A stretch of DNA of 64,000 nucleotides from Clostridia bacterium (GTDB lineage: Bacteria; Bacillota; Clostridia; Oscillospirales; CAG-272): positions 71,272-135,271 of the forward strand of contig JAFUIQ010000032.1 of assembly GCA_017468385.1 (NCBI GenBank). Direction: 5' to 3'. Below are positions 29,078-37,475 of the stretch, piece by piece (the stretch's first letter is position 1; every line of letters starts with the position of its first letter). The notes under the pieces were generated by a model. The model made no database searches. It was not told the DNA's origin and saw only the letters and a list, made by a program, of their open reading frames with translations. The position numbers and the translations under genes were made by a program.

Positions 29078-30274
29078 ATGGCAAACATCACGAAACGAGC
29101 AAACGGTACATACCTTATCCGCGTATCCTGCGGTCTTGACGAAAACGGAAAACCGATTCAGCGGTCGAAAACCTTTCACCCGTCAAGTCTATCTCTCTCC
29201 GAAAGCAAAAAGCAGAAAGAACTTGAACAGTTTATTTTTGCATTTGAAAGCGAAGTCAAGGCGAACGCCGACATCATCAAGGCTTGTCCGAAGGAATATA
29301 CCTTCGCCGCATTTTGCACCGAATACAAAAAGATCAAGGCATCCATCCTGTCTCCCGACACTTGGAAATTCTACGAGAGAGTGCTTGACGAGTTTTTTAT
29401 TCCGCGACTTGGAAAGCTGAAGCTCACCGAAATTCAGCCTGCACACGCACAGCAGATGGTGAATATTCTCATGAAGCCGGGCAGCCGACAGGACGGCAAA
29501 GGAAAATATCTCTCCCCTGCCACGGTCAAACGATACATCACGGTACTGCAATCGGTGATGACCCTTGCCTGCAAGCAAGGCTTTGTTCATTCCAATCCAG
29601 CCGATGCAAAGAAGCTGGAAATCCCGAAATCCATCGCTCCCGATGTGGAGGTTTTCGATGACGATGAAACGCAGAACATCATCAATGCCCTTGAAAAAGA
29701 GCCGACTCACATCCGCGCGGTGATCTCGGTTGCACTGTACACAGGTGCAAGGCGAGGTGAGATTGTCGGCTTAAAATGGGACGATATTGACCTTGACGCG
29801 GGGACGCTGTCCATCAAGCGAAGCGTGTATAAGCCCCACGGCGAACCTGCACGGGAGAAGCCGCCGAAGACGGTCAGCAGTATCCGAACCATTGCCATTC
29901 CGCAGGTGCTTTGCGAAATACTGCGCGAGCATAAGTCTGAGCAGGACAAGCGGATTGCCTATCTCGGTGACAGTTGGTATCGTGGGAATTATGTTTTCAC
30001 CGAAGCGGACGGTCACGTGATGAATCCGCAAACGCCCACAAAGCAGTTTGACCATTTTCTGAAACGACACGGCATTCGTCATCTGAAATTCCACGGACTT
30101 CGTCACACATCGGCAACCTTGCTTCTCGCAAACGGCTGTGATATCAAGACGGTTTCCTCCCGTCTTGGGCATACTTCGATTGACACAACAAATATTTATC
30201 TGCACGTTCTGGCAAAGGCAGACAAGGCTGCGGCAGATTGCTTTGACAAAATGGCAGAGAGAAAGGTAAATTGA
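29078..30274 (+). CDS. Tyrosine-type site-specific integrase (Int1)
   Basis: N-terminal arm-binding-like region (NGTYLIRVSCGLDENGK). Catalytic R (TGARRGEI), HxxR (HGLRHTSAT) and Y (TNIYLH). AGGAGG RBS. Adjacent to the tRNA. Confidence 0.93.
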   Translation: MANITKRANGTYLIRVSCGLDENGKPIQRSKTFHPSSLSLSESKKQKELEQFIFAFESEVKANADIIKACPKEYTFAAFCTEYKKIKASILSPDTWKFYERVLDEFFIPRLGKLKLTEIQPAHAQQMVNILMKPGSRQDGKGKYLSPATVKRYITVLQSVMTLACKQGFVHSNPADAKKLEIPKSIAPDVEVFDDDETQNIINALEKEPTHIRAVISVALYTGARRGEIVGLKWDDIDLDAGTLSIKRSVYKPHGEPAREKPPKTVSSIRTIAIPQVLCEILREHKSEQDKRIAYLGDSWYRGNYVFTEADGHVMNPQTPTKQFDHFLKRHGIRHLKFHGLRHTSATLLLANGCDIKTVSSRLGHTSIDTTNIYLHVLAKADKAAADCFDKMAERKVN

Positions 30275-30295
30275 AATCCTGAATGATGTACCCCT

Positions 30296-30328
30296 GGGCA
30301 AGCACACGTTGTGCCTGCCCTTTTTGTT
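30296..30328 (+). terminator. Terminator after Int1
   Basis: GGGCAAGCACA / TGTGCCTGCCC stem followed by TTTTTGTTTT. Confidence 0.7.
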
Positions 30329-30856
30329 TTATCCAACCTCGCGCGTGCATTTGAACGGTATCGCCGCATTTTCGATGAGCTTATCCGCTTCTTCTCTTGC
30401 TACAGCGCTGGCTGTCCGCACCTTCGCAGGCGAGTTTTTCCCGTTGCTTGGTGTAGGCATACCCCCAAGCAATTTCCTTGCACAGAGGAAGGATTCCATC
30501 GCCACAAGCTGTTTTGTGCCGCAGGTCAGTGCTTTCACTCTGCCGTCATCTACCAATTTTCTTATAAAATCCTCGGTTATTGCCGTGTCGGAATCCTTTT
30601 CTTTCAGCTCCTTTGCGGCATCACGAATGGATCGGATTTTCGGGATATGAGCCGTACCGAGAATCTTCGGAACTCCCATGATCTTGCGAAGCTCCCCGAG
30701 CAAAAGCAAAATATCCACGAGTGTTCGGTTGCCGTGCTTTGCCGAAGTGATTGTTCCGTTCTCGGCAAGGGCGGAAAGAAAATGCAAATTGAGTGCTGTG
30801 TTTTCGTCGTTTCCCTTTATATATTCCATCGCTTGCGTCAGTGTTCGCAGCTGCAT
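30329..30856 (-). CDS. Hypothetical DNA-binding protein, possibly excisionase-like (two HTH_17-like repeats)
   Basis: 175 aa, immediately downstream of Int2 on the same strand. It has two segments resembling MerR/excisionase-type HTH. The assignment is tentative. Confidence 0.35.
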   Translation of the reverse strand: MQLRTLTQAMEYIKGNDENTALNLHFLSALAENGTITSAKHGNRTLVDILLLLGELRKIMGVPKILGTAHIPKIRSIRDAAKELKEKDSDTAITEDFIRKLVDDGRVKALTCGTKQLVAMESFLCARKLLGGMPTPSNGKNSPAKVRTASAVAREEADKLIENAAIPFKCTREVG

Positions 30857-30859
30857 TAT

Positions 30860-32092
30860 TTAGTTCACCTCGCAGGTTCTGTAATTGATTGCCTTGCCGA
30901 AATTCGTTCCGGCTTCGATCAAAGACGATTTCAGCGTGTGTACATACCGCTGTGTTGTTTCCCAATCGGCATGACCGAGGGCGGCTTTGACTGTCTGAAT
31001 GTCTGTGCCCTGTGCCATCATCAGCGTTCCGCAGGTGTGACGGAGTCCGTGAAATTTCAAGTGCCGCAGTCCGTGTCTTTTCTGAAAATCGGAGCAAATT
31101 ACGGTGGGTGCATACAAGCTCATCATTTTTCCATGCTCGTCCGTGAAAATATATCCCTCATCCCACGCCGATTCTTTTGCGTTCTTTCGGATGGATTCTT
31201 GTTCATCTCGCCAAAGACGGAGCGATTCAAGAGCATTTTCGGTGAGAAAAGTACGGCGAATACTGGTAAGTGATTTCGGAAGCTTTGTTTTCTGCTCCCC
31301 GCCTTTCGGCTTATATGCGCTTCGGTTGATCGATAATAATCTTTCGTGAAAGTCCACATCCGACCATTTGAGCGCCACAAGCTCAGCTCGTCTGACTCCT
31401 GTTGAGAGTGCGACACACAGTAATGCACGGGTGCGTGCATCTTCCAAAAGCAGCTTTGCGTTGAATAAATTTGCTTCTTCCTCGCTGTAAACCTCAAGCT
31501 CGGGTGCGGCAATTTTCGGATAACGGATATATTTTTCGGCAAGCGGTTTCTTTGGGGTCAAATGATTTTTCCACGCCTCCGTCATAATGGACGACAACAC
31601 CGTGGCGTATCGTTTGATGGTTGAGGCAGCAAGCGGAGTCCCTTTTTTCTTGTCAATCCGCGCTTCCGGCGTACAAAGGAAGTCAACGAAGCTCTGCATA
31701 TGCACCTCATTCAGCTGAGCGATCGGTAAGTTCCCGAACGACGGGAGGATGAATTGCCGGATCACTTTTTCATAATTTCGGCAAGTGTTGGGGGAAAGAT
31801 GAAGCGAAATTCCATTTATATAGTGGTTCTCAACGAACTCCCGGACGGTCATTCCACGATTTTTACAGAGCGCATCCGTCGCATCCATCCCCTTGACATA
31901 GCCGCCGCTGTGTACAAGATTCTCGAACATAACCGCAAATTCATTTGCCGATTTTCTCGCCGCACGCTCGGTTGCGCCCGGTGCAGGATGGAAGGTGTAG
32001 TTGACAAATACTTGTTTGCCGTCCTTCATTCCGTTGGATACACGAATCAAATATGCCTTGTTTCTTTTTATTACTGCTGCTATAGTTATCAC
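30860..32092 (-). CDS. Tyrosine-type site-specific integrase (Int2)
   Basis: N-terminal arm-type domain (NKAYLIRVSNGMKDGKQ). Catalytic R (TGVRRAEL), HGLRHTCGT and Y (TQRYVH). GTG start. Confidence 0.9.
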   Translation of the reverse strand: MITIAAVIKRNKAYLIRVSNGMKDGKQVFVNYTFHPAPGATERAARKSANEFAVMFENLVHSGGYVKGMDATDALCKNRGMTVREFVENHYINGISLHLSPNTCRNYEKVIRQFILPSFGNLPIAQLNEVHMQSFVDFLCTPEARIDKKKGTPLAASTIKRYATVLSSIMTEAWKNHLTPKKPLAEKYIRYPKIAAPELEVYSEEEANLFNAKLLLEDARTRALLCVALSTGVRRAELVALKWSDVDFHERLLSINRSAYKPKGGEQKTKLPKSLTSIRRTFLTENALESLRLWRDEQESIRKNAKESAWDEGYIFTDEHGKMMSLYAPTVICSDFQKRHGLRHLKFHGLRHTCGTLMMAQGTDIQTVKAALGHADWETTQRYVHTLKSSLIEAGTNFGKAINYRTCEVN

Positions 32093-32111
32093 CTCAAATC
32101 TGATTTTTCTG

Positions 32112-32519
32112 TTACTCTGCCTGCCAATCCATCGCTTTTTCCATTGTAAAAATGCCGTGGATTTTCTTGACTTCCCTTATACATTCACCTCGAAGCTTGG
32201 TCATCGTCAGCTCGTCCACCTCATTTGTGGCGGCAATAAGGTTTTGCAAAATTGCAAGCTCGACCGCAATTTTGAATAAAAGTCCGCTTGTTCTGTTGTC
32301 ACTTTCGGCTACGATTCCTTTCATGGTTGATAAAAACATCGACGGCAAAAAGGATTTCGGCTTGTCCGCTGTGAGGTATCCGAGGTAAAAAAGAATAGCA
32401 TTTTCAATAAATTCGGACTGGCTTCTGCAGTTATCCTCGCGATAGTTTTCTCTTACTCCTTGCATAGTGGTTGGTCTTACCCACAGAGCAAATTTTTCTT
32501 TATCCTTTGGTAATGGCAT
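32112..32519 (-). CDS. Hypothetical protein with an N-terminal ribbon-helix-helix-like segment
   Basis: 135 aa with an AGGAG RBS. The N-terminal FALWVRPTTMQGVRENY...SEFIENAILFYL resembles CopG/RHH. The rest is unknown. Confidence 0.4.
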   Translation of the reverse strand: MPLPKDKEKFALWVRPTTMQGVRENYREDNCRSQSEFIENAILFYLGYLTADKPKSFLPSMFLSTMKGIVAESDNRTSGLLFKIAVELAILQNLIAATNEVDELTMTKLRGECIREVKKIHGIFTMEKAMDWQAE

Positions 32520-32601
32520 AATTTTCTCCTTTCATTTTGAGGTCAAAATCGATATTTTGAGTTTGACCCCGATTGTTGTTCTAAATTATCTTAATTTTGT
32601 C

Positions 32602-32776
32602 GCAACCCCTCTGAAAAGCCTTGTATATACAAGCAGAAATTGGTTTGCAACCCCGTAAAACGCAGATCTCCTACGCAGCAACCCCTTTTTGAAAAAGAGA
32701 GGAAAGTGGGCGAATTTCCCCAAACGGTCGGCATTGCCGTCCGATGTTTGGGGGTGTGGGGAGTATCAGCAACCCC
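32602..32776 (+). repeat. Four direct copies of GCAACCCC (iteron-like)
   Basis: Copies at 32602, 32647, 32678 and 32769, all in the same orientation, inside a 685-bp stretch with no credible ORF. Confidence 0.55.
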
Positions 32777-33134
32777 ACGCCTTTCACCTGCTTCACTATC
32801 GACCCTGTGCTGTTTCTGCTTTTGTCCTCGATTGACGATCATATCAGATCCCTCCCGTTTCGTACTATCCGCTGCCAACAACACATCGGGGGCCTGCATC
32901 GCGCGTTTTGAGGGCGTTTGCTTGGTGATATTGCCGTAGTTTTGGGACGAACCTTATCGGGTAGGGGTAACATACCACCCACCTGTCACTTTCTCACACA
33001 ACGCCGTGACGCGTCCATGAAAACGGAGTGCTTGTCAGGCGTGAGTCGGATGGTGACCTTCTCGGTGCGGTTTTGTTGTCCTCGCTACCCAAAATAGGGG
33101 GCATGACTGTCAAAGGCGATACTTACCCATCCGT

Positions 33135-33193
33135 GTCGGTGTGTCGGAAATTTTGTAAACGAGCATCATCACCGACTCTGCCGACGCACCGAC
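33135..33193. repeat. 13-bp inverted repeat built from GTCGG(TG) units
   Basis: GTCGGTGTGTCGG (33135-33147) pairs with CCGACGCACCGAC (33181-33193) with one mismatch. An additional CACCGAC sits at 33170-33176. The repeat lies just downstream of the ATPase stop. Confidence 0.55.
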
Positions 33194-33204
33194 GCATCCC
33201 TCTG

Positions 33205-34257
33205 TCAGCTTGCATTTTCTTTTATGCGATTGATCTTAATTTTCTTTCCTTCATGTGTTCGGAAAAATTCGCACGCATACCCGAGAGAACAGAACTGTTC
33301 ATGTCCGCAGAGAAGCTTTTTTGAAAGCACAGCAGGCGTGATATCGATCATACCATGTGATTTCAGCTTTTCCGCAAGCTCGGTAGCACTTCCGCAAAAA
33401 TCATCCGTACCGCTTTCCGTGAAATACCGATCCACCATTTCCACAGTCGGATCAATCAGTTTTACAAGCTCCGGGTTAGCATCCCGCAAAAGCCATGTGT
33501 GACTTACTTCAGAGAAGACCAACGGGATTTCCAATGTTTTGATATCTCTTCCGGTGCAGAACAACGTTGCCGCATTTTCTGTGCGCTTGTCCCGCTGCAA
33601 AATGAACGTGCTGTCTACCGCACCCGAGATTCCCGTCGAACCCGTGAGCGTGTTCACGGGATCGTTTGCCCCCTGCTTCCTGAGATGATGAACCAGCAGG
33701 ATAGCAAGCCCGTGTTTGGATGCAAGTGATTTCAAAACACCAAGTTCCTTGTAATCGTTCGCGTAGAGATTTGTGTTGCCGATGTCCTCGCGGATTTTCT
33801 GAAAGGTATCAACGATCACAAGCTTTGTGTTCGGATTCGCTTCCATGAATCTGTCGATCTCATCACAGAATCCATTCGCAAGCGACTTGCACTCCACCGC
33901 GAACTTGAGCGACGGCGAACCCTCATCGGTGATGTCAAGAAGACGACGCTGTAATCGCTCGAAGCTGTCCTCAAGGGCAAGATATAAAACCGTGCCTTGT
34001 TTGGTTTCAAAATTCCATATCGACTGACCTTTTGCAATCTGTAAACCGAACCAAAGCATCAGCCATGACTTACCGATCTTCGCCGCACCGCCGATGATGT
34101 GAACCCCCTGTGGTATCAGCTCTGACACAATGAATGGTGTTGCTTTCAGCGGCGTGCTCACCAGTGTGTCCGCGTCCATCGTTTCCAGTCCTGCGAGTCC
34201 GAGAAACGCAAGCTGCTGACGACGCAGTTCTTCATCGTAATTCAATTCTCCGTTCAA
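33205..34257 (-). CDS. RepA/AAA_25-like RecA-fold ATPase (replicative helicase-loader-type protein of integrative elements)
   Basis: Walker A GGAAKIGKSW and Walker B LVIVDTF, with the LLVHHLRK block typical of AAA_25/RepA-like proteins. TTG start with GGAGG 6 nt upstream. Confidence 0.75.
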   Translation of the reverse strand: MNGELNYDEELRRQQLAFLGLAGLETMDADTLVSTPLKATPFIVSELIPQGVHIIGGAAKIGKSWLMLWFGLQIAKGQSIWNFETKQGTVLYLALEDSFERLQRRLLDITDEGSPSLKFAVECKSLANGFCDEIDRFMEANPNTKLVIVDTFQKIREDIGNTNLYANDYKELGVLKSLASKHGLAILLVHHLRKQGANDPVNTLTGSTGISGAVDSTFILQRDKRTENAATLFCTGRDIKTLEIPLVFSEVSHTWLLRDANPELVKLIDPTVEMVDRYFTESGTDDFCGSATELAEKLKSHGMIDITPAVLSKKLLCGHEQFCSLGYACEFFRTHEGKKIKINRIKENAS

Positions 34258-34343
34258 TCGTTACCTCCGTTTTTCTACTCCGACTATACTCTGCGCAGAC
34301 GTCGGAGACTTGTTTTGTCGACAATAAAATTTTACCATGCATA

Positions 34344-34395
34344 TTGACAAAACACAATAGATAATATATACTATCTCTACGGTTATCTATTGTGT
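34344..34395 (+). promoter_or_regulatory. Consensus-like promoter with an overlapping palindromic operator
   Basis: TTGACA (34344-34349), 17 bp spacer, TATACT (34367-34372). A perfect 13-bp inverted repeat, ACACAATAGATAA (34352-34364) / TTATCTATTGTGT (34383-34395), straddles the -10 element. Confidence 0.55.
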
Positions 34396-34603
34396 TATCT
34401 ACTGAGCACTGGTTTACAAACTGTTTACAAAGGCTGTTTTCCCTTATATATCAATGCTTTTTGGCATTTTTGCAAAGCCGGAAGCAAGTGTTTTGATAAG
34501 TTTTTTCGGCAAAAAATATTTTTGTTCCGAACAGTATTTCCGAATTGAGAATGAAAAATTTGTAAACATTTCGACAATTTTTGCATAGAGGAGTGATTTC
34601 TGC

Positions 34604-35941
34604 ATGGCGAAGCTGCCGCCGAATCCGTTTAAGATTACCGTATATTATTCGAAAAACACCTGTATCATAGATGAAAAGCACAGCTACCAAACCTGCGAAG
34701 TGCTTTGTAAGCTGCTCGGTTACACCGGCCGCGATCTTTCACTTTTGCGGGATGAGTTAAAATCGCTGCTGCAATGTCTGCTGTTTAAATTTGATGTAAA
34801 TTTCAGCGCTTGGGAGAATTACGATCAGAACGTGCACATGGCGCAAGCGCGTTTGAATGATGTGAAGGAGCTTCTGCTTGAACTGCCTCTGTATCGCTAT
34901 GTGACAGATCCCGATGCGTTTGATTACGAGGATTTGATTCATACGCTGAGCCTGCATTCTTCGATGTTTGATAACCAATATGATGACAAAGAAAGCCGTG
35001 CAGAACAGGAAGAGAAGAAAGCCGAGCTTCGCAGGCGCGGTGTTCCCGAGGATACCGTTAAGAAAATGTTTGATCCTTTCGAAGAAGATGAAGAAGATTA
35101 CGAGGAATTTGAAAATCCCGCAGATCCATATTCTTTTATGGAAGATGAGCGATACAAGGAAAGAGACTACGGGTTTTATGAAAGCCACGTGCTGGAATCG
35201 GTTATGAGTGAAAAGGATGATATGCGCCATTTTCAGCCGTATTGGCACAACGGAGACATGGAGCTTGAGGATTATTACGGTGCGGAGCTTCTCAACAATG
35301 ACCTGCGTGCGCTGATCGAACCGTACATTGATCTGCTCGATACGCTCACGCATCTGCAGGATACTTATGGGCATTTCCTGGATGAATATGTTCATGCCGC
35401 GGGAAAGTTTCTGATCGATGAGGAGATTGCAAAGGTTTACGAAAAATATATGAAGACAGCGGAACGAAAGATCATCAAGCCGTCCGGTGTTATGTCGCTC
35501 GAATGTAAAACCATAAAGCAAGGACGCAAATCTGTATGGTGCGACGTTTATACATTCAACAGCCTGTCTGCGTTTCTCTATTTCGATTTCTTTCGCGGAC
35601 TGCGAAGCGGGTTTATTCCCAAGCGCTGTGAACACTGCGGCAACTATTTTCTCCTGACCTCTGGGCGATACTACGATTTCTGCGAGCGTCCGGTGAAAGG
35701 CACCGACGGCAAGACCTGCCGCAATATCGGTGCGCACAAGAAATACGAGGAAAAATGTAAGAGCGATCCTATATGGCTTGCCTACAACCGTGCGTATAAA
35801 AATCACTATGCAAGGGTTCTTAAAAAGAAAATGACCAAGTCTGAGTTTCGAACCTGGTCGGATTGGGCGGTGGAGTATCGAGATAAGGCGCTTGCGGGAA
35901 AAGTGAAAATTGAGGAGTACGAGAAGAAGATCAAGGAATGA
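34604..35941 (+). CDS. Hypothetical protein with an acidic central region and a C-terminal Cys-rich (zinc-ribbon-like) module
   Basis: 445 aa with a GGAG RBS. The C-terminal motif is CEHCGNYF...FCERP...CRNIGAHKKY. It may belong to the DUF6076 family, but that is from memory and unverified. Confidence 0.6.
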   Translation: MAKLPPNPFKITVYYSKNTCIIDEKHSYQTCEVLCKLLGYTGRDLSLLRDELKSLLQCLLFKFDVNFSAWENYDQNVHMAQARLNDVKELLLELPLYRYVTDPDAFDYEDLIHTLSLHSSMFDNQYDDKESRAEQEEKKAELRRRGVPEDTVKKMFDPFEEDEEDYEEFENPADPYSFMEDERYKERDYGFYESHVLESVMSEKDDMRHFQPYWHNGDMELEDYYGAELLNNDLRALIEPYIDLLDTLTHLQDTYGHFLDEYVHAAGKFLIDEEIAKVYEKYMKTAERKIIKPSGVMSLECKTIKQGRKSVWCDVYTFNSLSAFLYFDFFRGLRSGFIPKRCEHCGNYFLLTSGRYYDFCERPVKGTDGKTCRNIGAHKKYEEKCKSDPIWLAYNRAYKNHYARVLKKKMTKSEFRTWSDWAVEYRDKALAGKVKIEEYEKKIKE

Positions 35942-36083
35942 ATCGTGCGCCCACAGGGGGCACAAGACAGCTCACACGGCGAGATGTGGGGATCGTCGGG
36001 CCACACGCCTCATAAAATGATAACCGCCTGTGTGCCGTTTGTGGGGCAACACGGGCGGTTATTTCTGTGCCTTGCATCACGAT

Positions 36084-36362
36084 TTATTCTTTGTCGGTTG
36101 TGTATGTCATCACCGCTATGATGATCTGTGCACCAATGGTGAATCCTTTCACAAACGCTTCTCGCTCGGTCAGATCGTGCATTTCGTTTGAGCATTCTGA
36201 ATATTTTTCGAAGATTTCCTTTTCCTCGTCGTTCAGCCGACTGAGCAGATCATCCTGATGTCGAATCACCAGTGCCAGCAGTTCGGCGTATGCGCTGTCC
36301 TTCTTGAACGGCCGCTCCCACGGGGAGATGTTGCCGAACCACAGGTCTTCAAGGATGTTCAT
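36084..36362 (-). CDS. Hypothetical small protein
   Basis: 92 aa with an AAGGAGG RBS. No motif recognised. Confidence 0.6.
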   Translation of the reverse strand: MNILEDLWFGNISPWERPFKKDSAYAELLALVIRHQDDLLSRLNDEEKEIFEKYSECSNEMHDLTEREAFVKGFTIGAQIIIAVMTYTTDKE

Positions 36363-36507
36363 GTTCGCCCTCCTTCATAAAGCAAGAGCGGCTCTGCACG
36401 GTGAAACCCGCAGCAAAGCCGCTCTTTTGGTATGGAATTGTGTATGATTTTAGCATATTGTGTGCCTCCTTTTCGTGGTAGCACACAGTATATCACAGGA
36501 GGTGGCA

Positions 36508-36942
36508 TCAATCCAGCGAATGCGGATTTGTTATCAAAGAAGTAACATATTTCTGATTCTCACTCAACATATAATCCGCGAAGCGTTCCCAGTTTGCGCG
36601 AAGTTGACTGTATACGTCAATTTTGTAGCACTTAGTAACATTGACATGGATTTGTTCGGGAAGCGGTTGTTCCGGGGAACGGTTGATGTGGTATTCGGAA
36701 ATAATCCGTGATATCTCGTCAGAATTGATATGCGGAGGCCAGGTTGTGATAAACATCTCCCATTCAATCTTTGCCCGAAAATAGTGATGAATCTCTTGAT
36801 CAAGTTCGCTCAAAAAGCGTTCTTGTGGGTATTGCCTTTTGAAAAGATTCTCCATCGAGATTCGGAAATCAGGATATTCGAAAATATTGTAGGACTTAAA
36901 ATTTCCCGTTTTCGAATCCTGAATAATTACATTCCATTTCAT
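36508..36942 (-). CDS. Hypothetical protein
   Basis: 144 aa with an AGGAG RBS. No motif recognised. Confidence 0.55.
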   Translation of the reverse strand: MKWNVIIQDSKTGNFKSYNIFEYPDFRISMENLFKRQYPQERFLSELDQEIHHYFRAKIEWEMFITTWPPHINSDEISRIISEYHINRSPEQPLPEQIHVNVTKCYKIDVYSQLRANWERFADYMLSENQKYVTSLITNPHSLD

Positions 36943-37042
36943 ATTGAGTGCTCCTTTCCGTTAGTAACATACAAGATACCACAGAAAGGAGCGGAAGTCC
37001 AGCACAAACCGTGTTAAGTTTTTGATAACAACGCCGAGAGAT

Positions 37043-37422
37043 TCAGTTGCTTTTTTTGCGTTTCTTTTTGTCCTTGGTTGCCTCGTAACTCGCGTTCACA
37101 AGAAATTCGATCAAATCGTCGGATGCGTCGGGAAGAAGCACCGAAATCCAATGGAGTTTATTCATGTGATACGCTTGATACACACCATCAGCCGCGCCAA
37201 ACGAACCGAACATTTCAAGCGGCAGCTTGAGGTTTACAACGTCGATTACCTCATCGCTGTCGAAGCCGAACTTCTGCCGAGATACACGCATCACGATGGC
37301 GTACCATTTGCGGTTGTCCGCATGGCGGAGTACAGCGGTTTCAAAGTCTTCGTCGAAGGGGTAGTCGGGGGGGGAGTGTTGTATGTATTGATGCAGTGGG
37401 TGAGGAAGGTTTGTTTTGTCAT
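37043..37422 (-). pseudogene. MmcQ/YjbR-family gene interrupted by a frameshift in a G8 homopolymer
   Basis: ATG 37422 has AGGAGG 5 nt upstream and opens MTKQTFLTHCINTYNTPP. After the G8 tract at 37367-37374, the family-typical continuation DYPFDEDFETAVLRHADNRKWYAIVMRV... is in another frame. Confidence 0.75.
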
Positions 37423-37475
37423 TGGTACCTCCTAAATATCGTTGTAGCTATGTTTTTAACAAATGTCCGGTATGT

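Noticed and set aside
32602-32776. GCAACCCC repeats as a CRISPR array.
   Set aside because: The repeat unit is only 8 bp, the spacing is irregular (45, 31 and 91 bp), and no cas genes are present. This is not CRISPR-like.
32591-32939. Track ORFs of 102 aa (minus), 99 aa (plus) and 98 aa (33028-33324, plus) in the iteron region.
   Set aside because: They have no RBS and odd composition (runs of C, R, P, T). They overlap each other on opposite strands. The region is better explained as a non-coding origin-like sequence or a decayed gene.
34757-35965. 402-aa minus-strand ORF opposite the 445-aa gene.
   Set aside because: The plus-strand ORF has an RBS, sensible composition and a Cys-rich C-terminal motif. 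The minus-strand translation is hydrophobic and low-complexity with no start context.
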